From assembly GCA_012295275.1 (NCBI GenBank), contig CM022669.1:14384001-14448000 (forward strand): a stretch of 64,000 nt of DNA, in the 5' to 3' direction. The position numbers and the translations under genes are program-made. Shown piece after piece: positions 13,696-25,095 of this stretch (within the stretch, counting starts at the first letter, position 1; each line of letters opens with the position of its first letter). The notes under the pieces were generated by a model. The model made no database searches. It saw only the letters and a list, made by a program, of their open reading frames with translations, and had not been told where the DNA came from. The DNA comes from Chrysomallon squamiferum. Its lineage: Eukaryota > Animalia > Mollusca.

Positions 13696-14011
13696 GCACA
13701 AAGTACATGGGTAACACGATAGTGGAAACACACTGTGTTTATGTGCACTTCGTACTAACAACTCGTGTTTTCGTTAGTGAGAGAACTAGTGCAGCGGACC
13801 AGTTAAAATCATTCGAGCAAAGATTCAGTGTATTTCTCTGGGGAGTGGGGGTGGGGGTGGGGGTGGGGGGAGGAATAAGCACAAAGTACATGGGAAACAT
13901 GATGTGTTTATGTGCACTTCGTACTAACAACTCGTGTTTTCGTTAGTGAGAGAACTAGTGCAGCAGAACCAGTTAAAATCATTCGAGCAAAGATTCAGTG
14001 TATTTCTCTGG
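13696..14011. repeat. Tandem duplication, ~183-bp spacing, with an internal G-tract
   Basis: gcacaaagtacatggg...gtactaacaactcgtgttttcgttagtgagagaactagtgcag...ttcagtgtatttctctggg starts at both 13696 and 13879. Confidence 0.9.
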
Positions 14012-14543
14012 GTGTAGGGGTCGGGGTGTCGTATTTCCCACAATAATAATAATAATAACAAAAAAAAATGTATTAAGCATTAAGGGAATAGTTTGAGTAA
14101 CTTTCCCTTTTTGTATTATTCACGAATGAAAAAGTTGCAAGTGCGTATCGTTAAAAGTTATTATTATTATTATTATTATTATTTTTTTTTTTTTTATTAA
14201 TTTAAACTTGTTTAACCTGTTTATAAACCGTAACTATTAGTAATGAAAGGCTTCGCTGAAATGTAATAGAGGTACGATACAGTAAGAGTGATATCAAGGT
14301 ATATTCTAGAGGAAGAAGAGAATTGCTCTCGTTTTTTTTCATTCCCTTCATAAATCTTTTACTCCAGTTTTTACTACCTAATCACCTGACATTTACGTTA
14401 AACTGACTTACAACCTTTGACGACCTTTCTTCATCTAGCATTAATCTAAGACCTCTGAAAGCAGAAACTGTTACTTAAATAAAAACACTTTCAGTGACCG
14501 ATGTGGGTGTGCGTGTGTGTTTGTGTTTGTGTGTGTGTGTGTG

Positions 14544-14633
<90 letters not shown>

Positions 14634-14682
14634 TATGAGAGAGAGAGACATAGAGAGATAGAAAGGTATGAGAGAGAGAGAC

Positions 14683-14770
<88 letters not shown>

Positions 14771-14812
14771 AAAAAAGAGACTGAGATGATGATGATGAGG
14801 ATGGTGATGATA

Positions 14813-15167
14813 CTAATGATGAAGGAAAGAACAATATACACACAGTGACATACGACATTTTCCAGACCCGAAGTGCGGGCATCACTCTTGCAGAGAGCAG
14901 ATTGATATCGAAGTTCTCTTTCGCACTGACTGCACGTCACGTTTACGTAAATACCACAATGCATCTCGTCGACTGACGATAACACTGTTGTAGCCCCGTC
15001 ATTTATCAGAAGCACATTTCCAGCGTATCAATGACTCGGTGTCTCGTCTGTTCTCTTGGCAGAGTTTGGTAACGCATGCAGTCTGTCTGGACCCCATATA
15101 CAACGATCTGTGGCGCTTTGTTAAGGCTCGGGTTTGGATATATGCATACGTGCGCTGTTGTTTGTAA
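14813..15167 (-). pseudogene. Stop-interrupted frame resembling the C-peptide/A-chain part of a molluscan insulin-like precursor (alternative: decayed transposase fragment)
   Basis: GC-rich island. One minus frame reads ..ACVTKLCQENRRDTESLIRWKCASDK*RGYNSVIVSRRDALWYLRKRDVQSVRKRTSISICSLQE*CPHFGSGKCRMSLCVYCSFLHH*, with in-frame TGA at 14999-15001 and 14882-14884. Confidence 0.35.
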
Positions 15168-16527
15168 CTTTGGTAAGTATAGGCAATGAAAGAGAATGCA
15201 GCCCCGTGTTACCCGAACCTTAAATCATCTAATTATGTCCTTTCCTAATACGTCTGTGAAATTATCCTACCCCCACCCCCAAACCCGAGTACCCTGTTTA
15301 TATATCCACCAGAAACCCCGAAATAAAACTCTACCTGATGTAAATGTGAAATATTCGTGTTTTCTCAGTGAAAAGATTTATATCTATCTCCATAATCTAT
15401 CTATATATCTATAACTATATCTATCTATATATCTACTTCTATATGTATATCTATCTATATATCTATCTATATCTATCTATATATCTATCTATATCTATCT
15501 ATCTATCTATCTATCTGTCTATATATATATAGCAGTAATAGTAGTAACAGCTGTAGTAATAGTACGAGTAGTAGCAGCAGAACTTGGAATACTAGCATTT
15601 TAGATATATTTTAGAAGATCCTTTACTGTACCGTATTTATTTTAATAAATTAACTATAGGAAATTTGCGAAGGAATCTCTATTAAAAGAGACTGTTGTAC
15701 GACACGTCATATTTTACGCTGTTTACCTAACTAGCAGGGAGATCGAGGATACTGTACAATGTAACTAAGTAGTTTCACGTCAGCTGAAGTCTGCATTCAT
15801 AAACAGACTAGAAGAACGTCGCTGGGTTTTTTTTGTCCTCCACATGAATGCAGATCTGGTTGGAATGGAGAAATAATTGCAATAGTGCGAGATATTTTAA
15901 CTTTTTGACTAATGTCATTTATAACATACATCAGAGTCATCCGTCTGTAACCACGATAAATAAATGAAATACGATTTACAGAAATGAAAACTAAAACGAA
16001 ATAGCACAGACAATTATAAATGCATTAAACATATGAAGCTACTTTCTTTCAGACATCACAGAAAAAAAAAAGCCTCTTTCAATTTCAGTTTAGTTATAAT
16101 GCAGTATTAAACAGGTTTCTTGATTTCTGTTTAATACACGCATATAACAACTACATTCCCATTTCTTATTTATGATATTTAAAAGTCATCTGAGAACATT
16201 ACTAAGAACAAAACCGGACTTCCTTCTATCGTGGAAGCTTTTATTGTTGTAATGTGCGTGGTAATAATAGTTGAAAGTGACTGTTTTAAAAACTTTTAGT
16301 TACGGACTATTGAACATTCCTAAATCAATGTGCGGAAAAATTATGAATCGTGAGAAAGCATCCGCTAGGTGTGTTATTGGACCTAAGACAGTACGTGACC
16401 GAAATGAAGTGTATCACTGATTTATCACCATGCATCAGCAAGTTTGCTCTCTTTCTTTTCTTAAAGGTTATTTTATTTCTTTATTTCTTTATTTTTTTCA
16501 TAAATATATATTTCAGACGGAATATCC

Positions 16528-16536
16528 ATGTATGTA

Positions 16537-16567
<31 letters not shown>

Positions 16568-16924
16568 ATATGTATGTATGTATGTATGTATGTGTATGTA
16601 TGTATGTATGTATGTATGTGTGTATGTATGTATGTTTGTATGTATGTGTGTGTGTGTATGTATGTATGTGTGTATGTATGTGTATGTATGTATGTATGTG
16701 TGTGTATGTATGTATGTATGTATGTATGTATGTATGTGTGTGTACGTATGTATGTATGTATGTGTGTATGTATGTATGTATGTATGTATGTGTATGTATG
16801 TATGTATGTGTGTGTGTGTGTATATATATATATAAATATGTATGTATGTATATATATATGTATGTATGTATATATGTATATATGTATGTGTGTGTGTGTA
16901 TGTGTGTGTGTGTGTATGTATGTA

Positions 16925-16957
<33 letters not shown>

Positions 16958-17087
16958 GTGTATGTATGTATGCAGTGTGTATGTATGTATGTATGTATGT
17001 GCGTGTATGTATGTATGTGTGTATGTATGTATGTATGTATGTAGGTGTATGTATGTATGTGTGTGTGTATGTATGTATGTGTGTGTA

Positions 17088-17118
<31 letters not shown>

Positions 17119-17196
17119 ATGTGTGTGTATGTATGTATGTGTGTGTATGTGTGTATGTATGTGTGTATGTATGTATGTATGTGTGTGTGTATGTGT
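16528..17196. repeat. Compound (TATG)n/(TG)n microsatellite
   Basis: About 670 bp of mixed TATG/TG/TA units; source of the YVCM/HTYI ORFs. Confidence 0.95.
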
Positions 17197-17255
17197 TATT
17201 AATAACAATAATAATATCGGTGGCAGTGAGATGGTAATAGCAGCAAAAACAGCAT

Positions 17256-17286
<31 letters not shown>

Positions 17287-17767
17287 TGTGGTAGTGGTTG
17301 TAGTAGTAACAGTGATAATGAATATATGTCTGTAAGGCGTTTGTTTGAATATATATATATATATAGGTCCTTGTAACTTTTCCATTTGTGAATAATGAGA
17401 AGGGAAAGTTACTCAACTATTTCCTTAAAGTTAAATAAAAATGTATGAGTAAGCATGTTTAAATATGTATGTGGATGTGTGTGGTGTATAAGCATATACA
17501 TATTATGTTTTAAAACCTTTTCTATCTCTTTGTTTTTATTTTTATTTTAATACTCCATTTCTAATTCGCCTATTCTGCAAATGAACTTTTTAAAGTTCCT
17601 TTATTCGTCTTTTTTCAGTTATCTTTTTTTTTTCTGTATCTCTTGTCTTATTTTTTATGACTCAGTAATGTCTTTTTTATTATTATTATTTTTTATTTTT
17701 TTTCTTTAATTTACAGCTATTCGGAGCTGGGTTTATCCCTAAGTTAAAGACCTCATGATCGAAAAAG

Positions 17768-17802
<35 letters not shown>

Positions 17803-18757
17803 GATAAATTATTACACAACTTTATTCTGTGTTAGCTATTTGGATCAAATAGGACGGACGTACAACGTTTTCTATGGTTTAGAATCTTATCACAACTCAA
17901 AATGACCCAGCAAAATTATTATTTGTATTTCAGTGCTGTCTCTACCTCGTTTTTTGTGTAACCGTACAGTAGTGGGTAAAGTGCCGCAAAGAAACAGTCA
18001 CTGCTGTAAGAAGAGTACAGTACTTACAGTTATGTCAGTAAGACAGCCCGAGTGACTCGTTCTAAACACATGCACGTGTCATCCACATTTACATGTAACA
18101 TACACGTGTGTCGATGAACTGAAGAACTAAGGTCTGCTTATGTAGCACATTTTGCGTTAATACCGTAAATCTTTGATTAAAGGCTGGCATACAGATAACT
18201 TAAATTACAAATGGTGTTCTACGTCATAAGACCAGTAAAAGGTGTCCTACATGTGTTTGTATATTTAATAGTTTGCGGTAAATGATACGTGTTGGGTTAC
18301 AGTGTTAGGACATTATACACACTTTTAAACCTTGACATAATGTTTGTGTATGTAATTACTTTAAAAGAAATATATAAGGCAGTGTATATGTACTGTATGT
18401 AGTCGAGATAGTATCATTTACCGTAAATTATTAAATATATGTTTGTAAATGGAGGCTAGAAAAGGATGCACTATTGCACTAGAATGTTACGTGTTGACAA
18501 TAGGTCTAGCGTTGTTCTTAACGTTTAGCGTTATAGCGTGTTTATTACCAACGAGAAAGCACATTCCATGCTGTTCGATAAACCAGACGCAAAGCACTAG
18601 CTGCAAAATACACACCAAGGGTAAAAACTGGTTCAAATGCGCGTCATGATGATGAGAACAATAACAATAACAATAAGGATAACGATGATCGTGATGATGA
18701 TGTGTTGGTGATTAATATTATTATTATTATTATGACGACATTAACAACAACAACAAC

Positions 18758-18807
<50 letters not shown>

Positions 18808-19754
18808 TAATAATAACAATAACAATAACAATAATAATAATAATAATAATAATAATAAAGAAACAAAAATAATGTTACATGAGCAAGAATAAAATGGGAC
18901 ACATGCAGAGCAAACGTATTTTCTCATTCTATCACAGTCTCTAGAGAGCTTTCTGCTATTAATCGACCTTCTCTAAACAGTAAAAACAGATTCAGGTGTG
19001 TTCACGTTCGCCTTATGGGATATCATATACCTGCATATACCTGGTAATATTTTCACAGAGGTAAATGTCAAGGTTAAAGATGATAACTATTTTTAATCAA
19101 CTGGGATTGTAGCGTATATGTGTATACGTAGATGCAGACCCCAGTAACCCGGCCCAAAGGAGAAGTTAATATCAAGATAGTGAATATAAATGTTTTTTTG
19201 TATAGTAGTTAAGTATGTTTGTTATGCTGAAGCAGTGTAATTGAATAAAATTTTAGATAGTTTTTATTCTAACAACAAAAACAACAATACAAACAATGGC
19301 ACCAATAATGATGATCACCATGATGACTGATGATAATGATAATGCTGATGAATGATTGAAGCCAAACAGTTTATTATCGTGTCTGTTAAATATAATTCAA
19401 AACATCAAAATACGTTTTTGAAAATCGCTATTGTTGCTTCTTATTAAAGATGAATCTTGAAATATGCTCTTTCCCAGTACAGAAAAACAAACACCCGCAA
19501 TTTATCTCTTCAGTCGAAAGACACTGGTTTTGATGGTAATAGCCCAGTGAATGCACTAATGGATATCGATACAAAGACCTATGATGCATAACCAAGAAAC
19601 TGCAGCCTGTTTCTTATTTGCTGAAAGGAGGAATCATATAGCCGTGCTTATTATGAAATGAGCTCTTCGTCTGTAAATCTTTGTTTCCATGAAAGATGAG
19701 ACAGCGAGCCCGCTGTAGTGAGAAACTCGCTAGATTTCTTGCATTCCCACATAC

Positions 19755-19826
19755 CTGACACATTGTCGTGTTGATAGCAGATAAAAATAGACAACACAGC
19801 AACAGAACATGAACACCCAACGCCAT
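19755..19826 (-). CDS. Candidate first coding exon of an unidentified secreted protein (signal peptide)
   Basis: aaatATGG start, MALGVHVLLLCCLFLSAINTTMCQ with a hydrophobic core, ending exactly at the consensus donor CAG|gtatgt. Confidence 0.5.
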
Positions 19827-20111
19827 ATTTATTTACAATTATGGCGCTGTTTGTTTACGATCATAACAAATCCAGATGGTTCGGAAGGTACGTTATGAAT
19901 GGAGAAGAAACGTAACGGACTAACATGGAGGTTACTGGTGTGGTTTATTAAAACAGAAAAGATCGGAATCATATTTTAGTGAACTGCTCCATTATAATTT
20001 TTTTTTTATAACATAAAAAATGGGATTTTTTTTTTTTTTTTTCAATCTTTTGCTTTAAAGTTTAGGGAAAAGTTGATTTTATTAATTCTGTTATTTCATT
20101 CTTTAAAAGAA

Positions 20112-20149
<38 letters not shown>

Positions 20150-20750
20150 TATGAGTGTAAACCGGCACCATTTCAAAGTCCCGTCCAGCTATCGTTAATT
20201 ATTATGAATAAAACCCTGTCTAATCCAGATTTACAGTTTAATTATTTTATTATATATTTCTAATCTCATTCTTCTCTGTACTATAATCCTACAGTTTATG
20301 ATAATAAAGTCATTGTCATTGTCTACTATCGGATTTCGGGTGTAAATTCCAGAACAAAAAGCTCACTGTATAGTAATTAGTTTTGTCAACACCGGCACAC
20401 AATTTTGAAAATACGATCACTTCTTAAACAACAGCGACAAATATTCACGTATCGCGTTTCTGTGAAGGCTTAATAAATAATGATGCCGCACTTCTTGTAA
20501 TTACTATATGCAGTTAAATGAACAAGATTACTGTTAGTGTATGTTGTCACCTAAGTGAACTCGCTGATTTAGATTTAGTGTCAAAAGCAGATCTCTACAT
20601 AAATACGTATGGCGCACATTTTGCGTTGTCGTAATGGCAGAGTGATCTAAAACATACGCATCGTATCGAGAATTCTAAAGGAAAATTAATAGAAGAGTTT
20701 TCATCAAATCCACTTCGTAAACAGAAAGATTTAGCTATGCCAGAAAAATA

Positions 20751-20762
20751 GGGAAACGTCCC
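20751..20762 (+). promoter_or_regulatory. kappaB-like motif upstream of LACC1 paralog B
   Basis: GGGAAACGTCCC, ~0.95 kb upstream of the ATG. Motif match only. Confidence 0.3.
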
Positions 20763-21017
20763 TTCTTCCTCCAGACATATTTAGTGCTAAGTGAGGTTTT
20801 GTAAAGGCGAAACGAGATAGTATGACAGAACCAAGCCAATGTAACAAACATAAAATTAAACATCTACATGCATACAACGATGTTCTGTTTCTAGTAAAAC
20901 AGAGTCTTTAACAGTATGTTCCATACAGACTCACTCATGCCATAACTGATCAAATTATTTAACAAACCATTTAGTCACTGTCTAAAATGGCTTATGTCGT
21001 TGGTTTTGTCAGAGTCC

Positions 21018-21055
<38 letters not shown>

Positions 21056-21707
21056 TGTCTGAGTGTACGTACGCTTGCGATTTCGTATACATACTTCTTT
21101 GATATCATTCTGACGGATATTTTAACTGTTTTATGCGTATTAACGTCAGGTATCTGTATGAACGAGCTGGCGCATCTCTGTACATGTGCAAGCATACATA
21201 TTTGTAATTATGTGAACATAAATGTATGAATGTTTATGTGTGTGTGTGTGTGTGTGTAATAATTGCTGGTCACAACATCCGCTGAAAACGTCATGGTAAC
21301 CAAAACCAATGGTTGAGTGATGCTATGCATACTGTATTTATAAATGTGATAATAATGTGATAATTGTAATCCTAAATTCCGATCTAATACTGAACTTTGT
21401 TAAGCAAAACCGAGTGGCTGAGTGATGCCTATAAATTAACATGCATGTATGTAGCAATTTTGCAGGAAAAAAATTGTATCTTCAAAAGTACCTTTAAGGT
21501 GGGTTTTTTTTTTTGGGGGGGGTTAAGCAACAATACAGAAAAACTAAATAACGTGCTTTTGTTTTCCAAATTTGCATAGTGCCATTTCTCCCGGGTGCCA
21601 TTTTTTCTGGTGTCATTTGTTTTTCCTACCTCCATTTCCAAAAATCGTTTAGGAAATACTGTAATCTGTTTAACTTGTTATATTTCAGTTTTCACGAGAC
21701 TGTCGTA

Positions 21708-22946
21708 ATGGAGGAAAAAAGACCACAACGAAGAGCCTATTTTGTTGACATGTACGACCAAGGACATAGATATAAACATGTCATCACTAAGCTGTGTGAT
21801 TTAGTTAATAATGGAAACGAGGCAGCTGCGGAGCATCACGTGATGTTAATGGCGCCGGAATCAAAGGATTTCAAAAATATCATCGAAAAGCCCGAACTGC
21901 GCGACGTCGAAGGCGTGTACATCAGCCCTATTTGCGTCGAGAACAAAATCGAAGCATTTTACGAAGCCAAAGAGCAGATTGACGATTTAAAAATAAACAG
22001 AATTGTTCTAGTATGTTCGACTGAACAGAGTGGCTACTGGAAGCAGTTGAGTGAGATATTTTTCACTAAAATCTATCGAATATCGGTGGAAATGGTGGGT
22101 GACGGATGCATGGAATTCACCGCCACGTATGGTTTGCATAACGAAGTAGAAGACTTTCTGAAAAGCCTTCCGTCCAACGGCCCCGTTGAAATCTTGTCCT
22201 CTCCACTTATTCCAAACAACATCTTCAACCACGGCTTCACCACCAGAACTGGAGGAATATCGTCCATCCCTCCTTTGAGGTCGCTGAACCTGATGTACAC
22301 TAAGCGCAAACAAGATCCCATGATCATCATTAAAGAAAACAGGCGACGGTTGGCAGAAGCCGCGGGCTTTAATCCTTTCAACTTCCAGCTAGTCAAGGCC
22401 GAGCACTCCAACCGAGTTTGGACAATCGGGCGTAACGCGCCGTCTGGTTATGACGCAATAGTAACGAAACATCGCGGCTTGGCAATCGCGTCGCCTGGCG
22501 CTGATTGCGTCACGGTGATATTTGCAGACCCTGTTAGACTGGTGTGCGGTACGGCACACGCTGGATGGCGCGGAACTCTGAAGGGCATAACCGCGGAAAC
22601 GGTACGCGCAATGGTGAACGAATTTGGCTGCGATCTGGCAAATATACTGGTTGCCCTTGGTCCTTGCCTAGAAACGATGTGTCTCCCATTTAACCCCGAA
22701 GAAGCCAAGCCGTTTGAGATGATCGATGCCTCCACGGTCGTGAAGAAACCCGGGGACCCAAAAGTCTACGTCGACCTGCTAAAGGTTAACAGGATTCTGC
22801 TGGAGCGCGAAGGAATTTTGGCGGAAAATATAGATGACAAATCTGCGTCGAAGTGCACTGCTTGCAATCCTGGTCAGTTTTTCTCCTTCAGACGAGATAA
22901 ATTTCCTTTTGGAAATCAAGTCGCCTTCATATGCATTCGAGAATGA
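21708..22946 (+). CDS. LACC1: LACC1/FAMIN-like purine nucleoside phosphorylase (YfiH/PgeF family), paralog B, 412 aa, single coding exon
   Basis: Start MEEKRPQRRAYFVD at 21708, after acceptor tatttcag| (exon starts 21689). Motifs HGFTTRTGG, SLNL, EHSNRVW, YDAIVT..GADCV..ADP....GTAHAGWRG, CTACNPGQFFSFRRD..FGNQVAFI. Confidence 0.95.
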   Translation: MEEKRPQRRAYFVDMYDQGHRYKHVITKLCDLVNNGNEAAAEHHVMLMAPESKDFKNIIEKPELRDVEGVYISPICVENKIEAFYEAKEQIDDLKINRIVLVCSTEQSGYWKQLSEIFFTKIYRISVEMVGDGCMEFTATYGLHNEVEDFLKSLPSNGPVEILSSPLIPNNIFNHGFTTRTGGISSIPPLRSLNLMYTKRKQDPMIIIKENRRRLAEAAGFNPFNFQLVKAEHSNRVWTIGRNAPSGYDAIVTKHRGLAIASPGADCVTVIFADPVRLVCGTAHAGWRGTLKGITAETVRAMVNEFGCDLANILVALGPCLETMCLPFNPEEAKPFEMIDASTVVKKPGDPKVYVDLLKVNRILLEREGILAENIDDKSASKCTACNPGQFFSFRRDKFPFGNQVAFICIRE

Positions 22947-24203
22947 GCAGCTTAAATCTTTTGAAGATTTCAAATAATTTACTGCCAGTGCTGCAAGGTT
23001 GATTTCGAACGAGGACGGAGTTTATCACGGAGAATGATCAAAAGCACCATTATAAGAAAGATTTCGGTTTCCACTGAGATCATGATAATACAATAAAGAA
23101 AACAGATCATTTATGTAATTGGGTGTTCCATTCTAATTAGTCAAAGTTCCAAAAAAAAATTTCAGGTTCCAGATTTTTCTTAATTAAATACTACTTGGTT
23201 TATTCTGTTATCTAGAATTTTAGATAACTTGAATATTGCACTGTTGAAAATATGTTGTTGTTTACTTTTGAAGACATTCCTTATCACCTTCGTTGAAAAT
23301 TAAACCTGATCAGCATTATTAAATATTTATTTTTCTTTTAAATGAGAGAGGAGCTCGATCATTTGCAGTGCTGTGTCATTATTTTCGGTGAAACTGGAAG
23401 ACCAAAACCAAAAAAAAGACGAAAAAAAAAAAATAAATAATACAAGAATAAATGTGGAAATTCAACCAGTGAAGTGACAATTAAATTAACCCGTGACAGA
23501 AAATAATATTTATCTTTCTTAATATTTTCTGAAACTGAGAGTTTTTTCTTCCGTCTGTATTTCCTAATTCAGTTTATTTGATTGCTCTGTATCCTTTCGT
23601 TTCTTCCGTTTCAGTCAGTGTCATGATTCTTGAACAAAAGCAATTTTGTTTGTCGAAATACTGCTTTAAGTGCACGGTATGTATTATATGTATTAACGGA
23701 ACTTTCTTGATCTTAGTGGGCGTTTGTGGAATGTAGGAGTTGTCTTCTATTATCTGAACTCTTCAAGCACCTGAAGATAGCTTTTTGAAAATGTTTTGTG
23801 TGGGCCAAAAAGAAAAAAATCCTCTATGAATTCAGATTGTCTCTTTAACGTTTTATTTTCAGTGTGATCTTCAGAAATAAAAAAGTATTTGAAATAAAAA
23901 TATTCTAAATGATTAAACTCATTTTTCTACTGTTGTGATTTGCTTATTTTTTTTTTCATTACGCGTAAAATGAAAAATAAACTGTTAGACAACTAATAAT
24001 ACTGAACAAAGTAAACGCTTATGATGAAGAGGAAGAAGAAAATGATTGCTGTTATTAATGTGGTTATTGTTATTGTTGTTGTTATTAATATTATTATTAT
24101 TATTTATTCATTATTTATAACAATAATAATAATAATAACAACAACAACAACAATAATAATTACAACTATTATTGTTGCTCTTCTTCTTCTTCTTCGTCTT
24201 CTT

Positions 24204-24234
<31 letters not shown>

Positions 24235-24246
24235 TTATTATTCTTC

Positions 24247-24334
<88 letters not shown>

Positions 24335-24774
24335 ATATGTATTTTTGTCGCAGTCCATACTTCTTTTCTTTTCTTTCTTCTACTTTAAATCGCTGTTTTA
24401 CTTTATATTATCTACGTAAACATCGGAGTTATTTGATACTTAATAACTCAGAAATGTATTTGAATCACGCTAACTTCTATTAAATTCCATTCAACGACTG
24501 AAACACATTTTAAAAGGGTACTGTCATTCACGTTTATCATCGACAAGGAAGTCGTGGGTAATTTTCACGTGCACAGAAAAAAGACTTTAAAGTTTATTTT
24601 ATTTCAGTGTGTTTCATTTACACTGAACTACCTCTCCACATATGTGACAAATCTTTCTCAGTGACACGTGTTTTTTTTTGTGTTTTTTTCATTTACCCAA
24701 GATATATGTTAAACAGTAGACAAGCTACATAGACTGCCGACTGTGTGGTTTGCCTGACCTTATCTTCCTGGTTC

Positions 24775-24776
24775 AT

Positions 24777-24815
<39 letters not shown>

Positions 24816-24904
24816 TGTGTATATGTATTTGTTTATTTGTTTGTTTTCTTCATTTACTTTTTTTTTTTTTAAATTATTTTTCATTAATTAATAAATGTAT
24901 TTGT

Positions 24905-24959
<55 letters not shown>

Positions 24960-25046
24960 TGTGTATATGTATTTGTTTATTTGTTTGTTTTCTTCATTTA
25001 CTTCTTTTTTTTAAATTATTTTTCATTAATTAATAAATGTATTTGT

Positions 25047-25093
<47 letters not shown>

Positions 25094-25095
25094 TT
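24775..25095. repeat. Tandem duplication built around (TTTA)n
   Basis: atgtgtatatgtatttgtttatttgtttgttttcttcatttac..aaattatttttcattaattaataaatgtatttg occurs twice. Confidence 0.8.

Larger units (their letters stand above)
14084..17424. mobile_element. Candidate non-autonomous DNA transposon (Kolobok-like): ~58-bp imperfect TIRs, TTAA at both flanks
   Basis: Left end TTAA|GGGAATAGTTTGAGTAACTTTCCCTT..TTATTCACGAATGAAAAAGTTGCAAG (14084-14141) is the imperfect reverse complement of 17370-17424, which ends ..GTTACTCAACTATTTCC|TTAA. Confidence 0.45.

Noticed and set aside
21579-21707. 43-aa N-terminal extension of LACC1-B in the ORF track
   Set aside because: Starts at GTG and crosses a clear splice acceptor at 21688; ATG 21708 aligns with the start of paralog A.
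21708-22946. Annotation as laccase/multicopper oxidase
   Set aside because: No multicopper-oxidase HxH copper motifs; the family name is historical and characterised members act on purine nucleosides.
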